A stretch of 60,062 nt of DNA from Patescibacteria group bacterium (lineage in GTDB: Bacteria; Patescibacteriota; UBA1384; 2-12-FULL-50-11): NCBI GenBank assembly GCA_040900165.1, contig JBBDZM010000015.1, forward strand, positions 5,383 to 65,444, written 5' to 3'. Positions 54,225-60,062 of this stretch are shown piece after piece (position 1 is the stretch's first letter; each line of letters starts with the position of its first letter). The notes below the pieces were generated by a model, which saw only the letters and a list, made by a program, of their open reading frames with translations, was not told the DNA's origin and ran no database searches. Made by a program: the position numbers and the translations under genes.

Positions 54225-55811
54225 CTATCCAACTACCGAGCGGATTTCTTCTTCAGTGGTCAGCCCTTGAGCGACTTTTTCCAAGCCGTCTTGTAGCAAC
54301 GATTTATTACCGGACTCTTGGAAGTGTTTATCAAACTCACTTAAGGTCGCCTCGCGCTTAATTAGCTCAACGGTCTGGGAATCTGGCTGGTAGTGTTCGG
54401 AGATTAATATCCGACCGTGAAAACCGGTGTTATTACAGCGCTCGCATTTGGCGCCGTGACAGTTATCGCAGAGCTTACGAACTAACCGTTGGGCCACCAC
54501 CAATGTAATGGCATCGGCCAGTAAGTATTTGGGCACACCCATCTGGATCAATCGGGCAAAAGCCGCCGACGAGCTGTTGGTATGGAGCGTACTTAAAACC
54601 ATATGCCCAGTTAGCGAGGCGTTAACGGCGATCTCCGCCGTCTCCCGGTCGCGAATTTCCCCGACCATAATAATATCCGGATCTTGGCGCAGGGCGGCTT
54701 TGAGGGCTTCAGCAAAATCAAAGCCGGCCACGCTGGTCCCCCGGGTTTTTTCTTGTTTCTCTTTCTCGGCCGAGTACTGGGCCTGAACCTCGGTGGCGGG
54801 CTGGATCTGGACCTGCTCAATCCCCTCGATTCGATACTCAACCGGATCCTCCAAGCTGACAATTTTTCGATCGGGTTTATTCAACAACTGCAAAACTGCA
54901 TAGAGGCTAGTGGTTTTTCCAGAGCCAGTCGGCCCGGTGAACAAAATTAGCCCCTCTGGCCGGCTAACGGCGTTAATAATTGCCTGCAAGGTTTCGGGAT
55001 TGAAGTTAAGCTGTTCGAGCTGAAGGAATTGGTGGTTGGAGAGCAATCGTAGTTCAATCGTCTGGCCGTAGCTGGTGGGCATGGCGTTAACCCGAATATC
55101 AAACGGAGAGTCGTTGAGCGGGATCGTCATCCGGCCGTCTTGGGCAACGTGTTGGATGTCTAATTTGATTTTGGCAGCGGTTTTAATCCGGCTCGAGAGT
55201 AGTTTGTAGGATTTTTCCGGCAGCTCCAGTGCTGGGACCAGCCGCCCATCGATACGGAAGCGAACGTGAACGGAATTAGCCATCGGCTCAAAATGGATAT
55301 CCGATGCCTCCAGACCAATTGCCCCAGAAATTAAAGTTTCCAATAGTTCGGTAGTCGAAACCCGGCTAACCTCGTCCTTTAGTTGATTAAGCGAGTTAAT
55401 CACTTTTTGCTGGTTTTGGCCCTCGCCAGTATGGGCGGAGATCGGCGGTTTTTTGGCTTTGGCAACTAACGTGTCGTAGCGCTCCAGGGCGTAATTTATC
55501 GAAGTTTGTGAGCAGATGAACGGCTCAAATTTTACTCCAGCAGCTTTGCCCAACCCTGACATTACTTGCCCAAGTCCTGGGGCAAATGGGTCGGGGGTGG
55601 CTACCCGGACAGTTTTGTCGCTCCTTAGAAAGGCGACAATTTTGTACTGATTGGCCGTCTCTTTCGGGATCAAACCAAGAATGTCACCAACAAAAGGGTA
55701 GCTAACCAGGTTAATATAAGGGAGCCCTTTCTGGGCAGCAAAAGCGCCTACTTGCTGCTCTTCCTGTTGTCGGTCAAAGTTCCGAACAACAGATTGGAGA
55801 TCGTTAGTCAT
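54225..55811 (-). CDS. pilB: GspE/PilB-family secretion ATPase
   Basis: T2SSE N-terminal domain, Walker A TGPTGSGKTT, Asp box, Walker B IIMVGEIRD, His box, and the tetracysteine CDNCHGAKCERCNNTG. Confidence 0.85.
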   Translation of the reverse strand: MTNDLQSVVRNFDRQQEEQQVGAFAAQKGLPYINLVSYPFVGDILGLIPKETANQYKIVAFLRSDKTVRVATPDPFAPGLGQVMSGLGKAAGVKFEPFICSQTSINYALERYDTLVAKAKKPPISAHTGEGQNQQKVINSLNQLKDEVSRVSTTELLETLISGAIGLEASDIHFEPMANSVHVRFRIDGRLVPALELPEKSYKLLSSRIKTAAKIKLDIQHVAQDGRMTIPLNDSPFDIRVNAMPTSYGQTIELRLLSNHQFLQLEQLNFNPETLQAIINAVSRPEGLILFTGPTGSGKTTSLYAVLQLLNKPDRKIVSLEDPVEYRIEGIEQVQIQPATEVQAQYSAEKEKQEKTRGTSVAGFDFAEALKAALRQDPDIIMVGEIRDRETAEIAVNASLTGHMVLSTLHTNSSSAAFARLIQMGVPKYLLADAITLVVAQRLVRKLCDNCHGAKCERCNNTGFHGRILISEHYQPDSQTVELIKREATLSEFDKHFQESGNKSLLQDGLEKVAQGLTTEEEIRSVVG

Positions 55812-55852
55812 ACCTACATTGTAGCGAAATCACAAAATATGGCTTGTAACTA

Positions 55853-55881
55853 TTCATTAATAGGTTGGTTTTAGGTAAAAT
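55853..55881 (+). promoter_or_regulatory. candidate promoter for tRNA-Ser(GCT)
   Basis: TTCATT, a 17-nt spacer, then TAAAAT, ending 11 nt before the tRNA. The same TTCAT..TAATAG..GGTAAAAT layout recurs at 57038-57066. Confidence 0.45.
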
Positions 55882-55892
55882 TGAGCTTGCAC

Positions 55893-55984
55893 GGAGAGGT
55901 GCCAGAGTGGTCGAATGGAGCTCACTGCTAATGAGTTGTCTGCCGTAAGGCGGACCCTGGGTTCGAATCCCAGCCTCTCCGCCA
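55893..55984 (+). tRNA. tRNA-Ser (anticodon GCT)
   Basis: Acceptor GGAGAGG/CCTCTCC, anticodon loop CTGCTAA, long variable arm, T loop GTTCGAATC, encoded CCA. Confidence 0.85.
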
Positions 55985-56009
55985 AGTTTCAAAACAGGAC
56001 TCAAACCCC

Positions 56010-56037
56010 TTGACTTTTCTCGAGAAACAGGTATACT
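56010..56037 (+). promoter_or_regulatory. sigma70-type promoter
   Basis: TTGACT (56010-56015), a 16-nt spacer, then TATACT (56032-56037), upstream of the 250-aa gene. Confidence 0.5.
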
Positions 56038-56089
56038 ACCAGCACACTTTCACAGCCCTCAAAAGTTGTGAAACGCACAGGTTAACATT

Positions 56090-56842
56090 ATGAAGAAGAC
56101 AGTTATCGTTTCTTTCGTCGTCCTTGCCCTGGTCTCTCTTTCGAGCGCCCAGAGCCCCGAATTGTTCGGGGATTCCCCGGTACCGCCAGGTGTTAAAATG
56201 AACACCTCACTTGGGTTGACAGAGTTCGACCCAAAGATCGTTAACCCGTGGTCGTACTACATCTCCAATGAGGAGGTGATGGGGAGAATTGCTTTTACCC
56301 ACGCCGATCACGGTGCCGGTCTTGGCCCGACGACCCGGGACATCTACAACGAGCTTCAGGACTATCAGTTCCGCAAGCGCGTCGATGTCCAGGAGCTGAT
56401 GAAGGAATCACGCCGCGCCCAAGGCAACCGCTTTGAGGATAGCGAATTCCGCGTCAGCAAGATCTCTACTGGTGGTCGTCCGACGACCTCCAATACTCAT
56501 AGGGTTACATTCGCTGGCGTCACTACGACAGTCGAATACGGCTCAACCTACTCCTTCATTGATATCGAGCTCGTTCACACGGTCTCGGGCAAGAAGAAGG
56601 TGTTCCGCTTCGAGAACAACTACGACTCGGACAATATCCTCGAGTTCAGTAGCCAGCAGTTCTCCGGCCTGTTCAGTGCTTTCAAGCGCTCAGGTATCCC
56701 CAATTTCCAATATGGGGAGAACGGTCGAACCGATCCGGCACTGCGTCGAGGGCTTGTGGGTATCGCCCAGCTCTTTAAGAAAGTCCATAAGGACTACGGC
56801 CAAGTCATCACTTGGATGGAGGAAGTTTCTCCCAACAAGTAG
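56090..56842 (+). CDS. secreted hypothetical protein
   Basis: Signal peptide MKKTVIVSFVVLALVSLSSAQS, with its own promoter and a strong terminator. No family recognised. Confidence 0.55.
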   Translation: MKKTVIVSFVVLALVSLSSAQSPELFGDSPVPPGVKMNTSLGLTEFDPKIVNPWSYYISNEEVMGRIAFTHADHGAGLGPTTRDIYNELQDYQFRKRVDVQELMKESRRAQGNRFEDSEFRVSKISTGGRPTTSNTHRVTFAGVTTTVEYGSTYSFIDIELVHTVSGKKKVFRFENNYDSDNILEFSSQQFSGLFSAFKRSGIPNFQYGENGRTDPALRRGLVGIAQLFKKVHKDYGQVITWMEEVSPNK

Positions 56843-56861
56843 TTCTAGCCCTTTCCCCTGC

Positions 56862-56896
56862 CCCCGCACCAGCTTACTGGTGCGGGGCTTTTCTTT
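56862..56896 (+). terminator. intrinsic terminator
   Basis: 11-bp perfect stem CCCCGCACCAG / CTGGTGCGGGG, loop CTTA, then CTTTTCTTT. Confidence 0.8.
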
Positions 56897-56998
56897 ACCC
56901 AAAAGCATTGACATCAAGCCCAACCTAATAGAAACTATACATACAGCCCGTTCGGGCGACCTGTAAAAGGGAGTACATTAGATTTAAAAAACAAAAAA

Positions 56999-57024
56999 GA
57001 TCCACCTTCGGGCGGGTCTTTTTT
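56999..57024 (+). terminator. second terminator-like hairpin
   Basis: GATCCACC-TTCG-GGCGGGTC (one mismatch) followed by TTTTTT, with an A-run upstream. Confidence 0.45.
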
Positions 57025-57037
57025 GTTGGCTAGATCC

Positions 57038-57066
57038 TTCATCTTTAATAGCGGAAAGGGTAAAAT
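57038..57066 (+). promoter_or_regulatory. candidate promoter for tRNA-Ser(CGA)
   Basis: TTCATC, a 17-nt spacer, then TAAAAT. Positioned relative to the truncated 5' tRNA copy rather than the intact gene. Confidence 0.4.
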
Positions 57067-57071
57067 ATAGG

Positions 57072-57095
57072 CGTTAGCACTCGGAGAGGTCGCAT
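57072..57095 (+). repeat. 24-nt direct repeat: duplicate of the tRNA-Ser(CGA) 5' end plus 11 upstream nt
   Basis: CGTTAGCACTCGGAGAGGTCGCAT is identical at 57072-57095 and 57125-57148. Confidence 0.85.
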
Positions 57096-57135
57096 CTCGC
57101 TTCCAGCTTGAGCCGACCCCTCCTCGTTAGCACTC

Positions 57136-57222
57136 GGAGAGGTCGCATAGTGGCCTAGTGCGCCGGTTTCGAAAACCGGTTGGCCCGCAAGGGTCTCGTG
57201 GGTTCGACTCCCACCCTCTCCG
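57136..57222 (+). tRNA. tRNA-Ser (anticodon CGA)
   Basis: Acceptor GGAGAGG/CCTCTCC, anticodon arm CCGGT-TTCGAAA-ACCGG, long variable arm, T arm GTGGG-TTCGACT-CCCAC. Confidence 0.85.
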
Positions 57223-57224
57223 CA

Positions 57225-57259
57225 GACAACAGAACCGGCTCAAAGCCGGTTCTGTTGTC
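57225..57259. terminator. 15-bp perfect hairpin after the tRNA (no U-tract)
   Basis: GACAACAGAACCGGC-TCAAA-GCCGGTTCTGTTGTC. Confidence 0.4.
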
Positions 57260-57355
57260 TGGGACGATATGGGAGAACCCGTTGCGTTAGGCAACAGGTT
57301 AGATAGCGACGAAGCAAGCTTGCGAGGAGCTCTCTGAGGCCTCAAAGAGGCCGAT

Positions 57356-57373
57356 GACTCCCACCCTCTCCGC
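57356..57373 (+). repeat. 18-nt duplicate of the tRNA-Ser(CGA) 3' end (att-like)
   Basis: GACTCCCACCCTCTCCGC is identical to 57206-57223. Confidence 0.8.
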
Positions 57374-57438
57374 CGTCGCCTCGCCGTAGCTCGGCTTTGG
57401 CGGACAAGTCCGCTAAGCTGAGCGTAGGCGGGAATGCA

Positions 57439-57466
57439 TTGACTAGTGATACACTTTTGATACACT
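57439..57466 (+). promoter_or_regulatory. promoter/operator of the toxin-antitoxin pair
   Basis: TTGACT, a 16-nt spacer, then TACACT. Direct repeats TGATACAC at 57447 and 57458 (11-bp spacing) overlap the spacer and the -10 element. Confidence 0.4.
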
Positions 57467-57472
57467 AATCAT

Positions 57473-57694
57473 ATGTCTACTATCAAGCCAAGGATTAATA
57501 TTACTACTGACGAAGACGTTCGACTGGCTCTTAAGGGTGCCGCCAAGCGTGATGGTGTACCCGTAGCTACTAAAGCCGCCGAGCTTATCTTGATTGGCTT
57601 AACCCTGGAAGAAGATATAATTTTGGCTAGTATCGCCGATCGTCGCACCGCCCGAGGTGCCAAGTTCATCGATCACGTCGATGCATGGAAATAG
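57473..57694 (+). CDS. RHH-type antitoxin (putative)
   Basis: 73 aa with an N-terminal beta-strand plus helices (RINITTDEDVRLALKGAAKRDG), overlapping the downstream RelE/ParE toxin. Confidence 0.6.
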   Translation: MSTIKPRINITTDEDVRLALKGAAKRDGVPVATKAAELILIGLTLEEDIILASIADRRTARGAKFIDHVDAWK

Positions 57695-57995
57695 GATTCT
57701 CTACCACCCCCTCGTTGTTAAACGGGACATCCCCAATCTCGGTAATTCAGCAGCCACGAAAATTCGTCGGGCCATCGAAGCCAAGCTAGTCGAGCGTCCG
57801 GAGATCTATGGCTCGCCACTAAGAGGAACGCTTAAAAAATACTGGAAGCTAAGAGTCGGAGACTACCGGGTTGTCTACGAACTGGTGAGGGGCGAAGTTA
57901 GGATATTGGTAATCGCCCATCGCCGGCATGTCTACACAATGGCGGACGAGAGAGATAAATATAGACGTTCGCAATCTGCTAAACTAGTTTTATGA
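57681..57995 (+). CDS. RelE/ParE-family toxin
   Basis: ...KKYWKLRVGDYRVVYELVRGEVRILVIAHRRHVY signature. ATG 57681 overlaps the antitoxin end. Confidence 0.7.
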   Translation: MHGNRILYHPLVVKRDIPNLGNSAATKIRRAIEAKLVERPEIYGSPLRGTLKKYWKLRVGDYRVVYELVRGEVRILVIAHRRHVYTMADERDKYRRSQSAKLVL

Positions 57996-58474
57996 AGACC
58001 CACACTAAAAAAGCCGACGGCAAAGTGATTGAGATTAACCCGAAAGACAGTATCCACCACGATAAAAACCAACTCTGGTACATCGGCGTTGGGATACTGT
58101 TGGTTGGTTTCTTGGTTTTGACGGTTAGCTCCAGAGACTACTTGCTAACAGCCGTTGTTGTTGCGGCGGCGATTGCTATATTTCGCCTGGCCAATCTCAA
58201 AATCGAGAAAAAAGACATTGCCTTGTCCGACAATGGTGTCCGTTGGGGCAAAGAGTCTTTTGGATTTCACAGTTTCCGGGCGTTCTGGGTTGGCACTCAC
58301 GGCGCTGACTACACCGTTTATCTCGACCGGCTTAACTGGCGGCCAACGATTAGTTTTACCATCGAAGAAAAAGACGTCGAATCAGTGATCGACGTTTTAG
58401 CCCAAAACCTGCCGTTCCACGCTCACCGCAACACTCCCCTGCCCGATCGCTTTGCTAGGCTGCTTAAGCTCTAG
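57992..58474 (+). CDS. hypothetical two-TM membrane protein (possibly bPH-like)
   Basis: ATGA overlap with the toxin stop, two adjacent TM helices, then a beta-rich domain of about 90 aa. Confidence 0.4.
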   Translation: MKTHTKKADGKVIEINPKDSIHHDKNQLWYIGVGILLVGFLVLTVSSRDYLLTAVVVAAAIAIFRLANLKIEKKDIALSDNGVRWGKESFGFHSFRAFWVGTHGADYTVYLDRLNWRPTISFTIEEKDVESVIDVLAQNLPFHAHRNTPLPDRFARLLKL

Positions 58475-59802
58475 CCAAAGATTAGTTGGCGTTTTAGGTA
58501 GAACAGTATTCCAAATATCACCAATATCAGACCAAGCCCGGCGATCCCAAAATTGCGATCCTTACTTTTTTGGGCGGCAACTAAGCTTGTTTGATTGGCT
58601 TGGGCGATTTGATATGCCTCGGTTTCGTCAGTGCTAAGGACAACAGTAACTTTTCCCCCTTCGGCAACGCTAACCTCAAACCCAACGGTGGGGCTGGGGC
58701 TAGTGGCTTGGGAGTCTTTTTTAGCCCGAACAACCAGCTGATAGTAGCCAGCGGCAATCGGCGAGTTAACGATTAGTTGCCAAGTCCCATCGGCACCGAT
58801 AATCGGGGCAGGGTATTTTTTGCTGTCGAGCTCCCAATCCGGCGTAATTGTTAGCTCAACGTTGTAGCCGGCCGGCCCAGTGCCAGTAATTTTTATACCC
58901 GTCAGAGTCCCGTGGTCGAGATCGTTGCTGTGATCGTCGGTTGTGGTAATTTCGATAATTGCCGGGATTGCCAACGACTGATCGGTTTGAGGGACAACGG
59001 TAATTTTAAAATGGGTTGTTGGTCCCCAGCCATCGGAGTTATTGGGGCGGATATGAAAGTAGTAAGTGCCAACTTTGTTGCCCTTAAATTCTACGGCGGT
59101 TTTAGTGGTTTTAATTTTGGTTGGCGGGGTGGTTTTATTCTTACTATCGAACACATAGGAATAGCCGTTGGCACCGTTGGACGGAGCTTTCCAGCTTAGT
59201 TTAATATCCGGGCTATCGTAGGATTTTTCTTGATTGGGGTGCGTCGATGAGCTGACGGCCACCGATCCTGGTGGCGTTGGCGCAGGAATAATTGTAAAGC
59301 TTGTGGAGCCACCGCTAGTGCCAACTTCCGACCCGGAGTAAGCCAGTCGCACACCGCTAACACTAACGTAGCCGCTGCCGGTACTGGTGCCGCGCAGGGT
59401 AATAGTGGCAACAGTTAAGGACGATCGGGCGCTGGTGATACCAACAAACTGATTGTTATTGGCCGGCGATTTACCGGGCAGCCAAGTAGCCGAGCCAGCA
59501 TAAAAAGAAACAATTGTTACCGGACCAACGACCGAAATTTTCCCCTGCAGGCTATCAAACGTTGTCCCACCAGCGAAAACCGAGACAGTAAAGTTACTGC
59601 CAGCGGTCTTGGTGCCGCCACCGCTGGCCGATATATAGCCACTACCCGCGGCCAGTGCCGAAGGCGGCAGAAACAAGAATATAGATTCAAGAATCAAGAA
59701 TAAGGATAAAAGACCCCTTAGCAATTTATATTTAGATGGGAGTGCCAAATCTTGAATTTTGAATCTTAAGTCTTGAATCTTGAATCTTGAATCTTGAATC
59801 AT
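58471..59802 (-). CDS. cell-surface protein: cohesin-like N-domain, Ig/FN3-like repeats, C-terminal TM anchor
   Basis: Signal peptide ...FLFLPPSALA. The domain GSNFTVSVFAGGTTFDSLQGKISVVGPVTIVSF...TVATITLRG resembles cohesin. Followed by HPNQ...YYFHIRPNNSDGWG and a TM helix plus KRQ tail. The start is uncertain because the first 40 codons or so lie in heptad repeats. Confidence 0.55.
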   Translation of the reverse strand: MIQDSRFKIQDLRFKIQDLALPSKYKLLRGLLSLFLILESIFLFLPPSALAAGSGYISASGGGTKTAGSNFTVSVFAGGTTFDSLQGKISVVGPVTIVSFYAGSATWLPGKSPANNNQFVGITSARSSLTVATITLRGTSTGSGYVSVSGVRLAYSGSEVGTSGGSTSFTIIPAPTPPGSVAVSSSTHPNQEKSYDSPDIKLSWKAPSNGANGYSYVFDSKNKTTPPTKIKTTKTAVEFKGNKVGTYYFHIRPNNSDGWGPTTHFKITVVPQTDQSLAIPAIIEITTTDDHSNDLDHGTLTGIKITGTGPAGYNVELTITPDWELDSKKYPAPIIGADGTWQLIVNSPIAAGYYQLVVRAKKDSQATSPSPTVGFEVSVAEGGKVTVVLSTDETEAYQIAQANQTSLVAAQKSKDRNFGIAGLGLILVIFGILFYLKRQLIFG

Positions 59803-59803
59803 T
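59670..59803. repeat. period-7 inverted heptad arrays at the 5' end of the surface-protein gene
   Basis: Plus-strand left arm GAAACAA GAATATA GATTCAA GAATCAA GAATAAG GATAAAA, a 36-nt spacer, then right arm AATCTTG AATTTTG AATCTTA AGTCTTG AATCTTG AATCTTG AATCTTG AATCATT. Confidence 0.85.
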
Positions 59804-59811
59804 TCTATACC

Positions 59812-60062
59812 TTATCCTTCATAACTATTAGCTAGCAATGACAGATCCAGCAGATCAACAATGTTGTCTTTGTCGGGATTCAAGTTGAGCGAGGCCTCGT
59901 CCTTAACAGTTAGACCCCAGGCATCACTCATCTTAGAGACGTCGAGTAAATCGACTACCTTGTCGCCGTTAATGTCCCCGACTTTCCGGCGGTCAATCGT
60001 AATCTTTTTCTGGGCGACAATCGTTGAGCCGTCTTTGTAGTAGATAAAGTAATTCTTTTTAC
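59812..60062 (-). CDS. C-terminal fragment of a dockerin-like repeat protein (gene continues beyond the window end)
   Basis: The minus-strand frame is open from the window edge to TAA (59812-59814). It reads ...VGDINGDKVVDLLDVSKMSDAWG...LNPDKDNIVDLLDLSLLANSYEG, two dockerin/EF-hand-like segments. It is absent from the ORF track because it has no Met start. Confidence 0.5.
   Translation of the reverse strand, partial: KKNYFIYYKDGSTIVAQKKITIDRRKVGDINGDKVVDLLDVSKMSDAWGLTVKDEASLNLNPDKDNIVDLLDLSLLANSYEG

Noticed and set aside
55804-56004. 66-aa minus-strand ORF
   Set aside because: It is antisense to tRNA-Ser(GCT) and has no independent support.
56433-56966. 177-aa plus-strand ORF overlapping the 250-aa gene in another frame
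   Set aside because: It is an Arg/Ser/Thr-rich translation with no signal or motif, and it runs through the strong terminator at 56862-56896. The 56090..56842 frame has a signal peptide, a promoter and a terminator.
57127-57465. 112-aa minus-strand ORF
   Set aside because: It is antisense to tRNA-Ser(CGA), the 15-bp hairpin and the att-like repeat. The peptide is Arg/Ser-rich junk.

Overview
This window looks like about 60 kb of a compact, gene-dense small bacterial genome. I infer a Patescibacteria/CPR, Saccharibacteria-like organism from gene content and the CPR-type T4SS pilin family; this is not proven.

Core content:
- The chromosomal origin region runs recF-dnaN-[oriC with consensus DnaA boxes]-dnaA on the minus strand, diverging from rpmH-rnpA-yidD-yidC.
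- Housekeeping genes include recX-recA, ftsK, RNase J, family-4 UDG, pnp-rpsO, nrnA-like, rpsT, lepB, holA, polA, a MurE-like ligase with a FemAB-family gene, tsaD and valS.
- There are two RelE/ParE-type toxin-antitoxin pairs.
- There are four tRNAs: Arg-GCG, Ser-TGA, Ser-GCT and Ser-CGA.

Most notable:
1. A 15.7-kb, ten-gene, tightly coupled T4SS-like operon spans 28.4-44.1 kb. It has VirB6/TrbL-like, PrgI/VirB3-like and VirB4 genes, several cell-wall-hydrolase modules and a 1436-aa giant protein. No coupling protein, relaxase or integrase is visible. It abuts the oriC gene block and is transcribed head-on to the replication fork.
2. A separate cluster of four TrbC/VirB2-like pilin paralogues is translationally coupled to an orphan solute-binding protein and converges on a PilB/GspE ATPase.
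3. A dispersed family of period-7 (GANNNNN)n arrays, often as inverted arms, occurs in intergenic spacers. It also occurs in frame inside udg, tsaD and valS and at the 5' end of a cohesin-like surface protein gene.
4. Short duplications sit at gene boundaries: the lepB 3' end with its hairpin (x3), a tsaD 5' relic that differs mostly at synonymous positions, and a duplicated start region before the hydrolase gene. Partial tRNA copies flank tRNA-Arg and tRNA-Ser(CGA).
5. An unrecognised two-gene cassette at 7997-9618 has a second protein with a J-domain-like HPD segment.

All family calls come from reading motifs by eye. No database search was possible.
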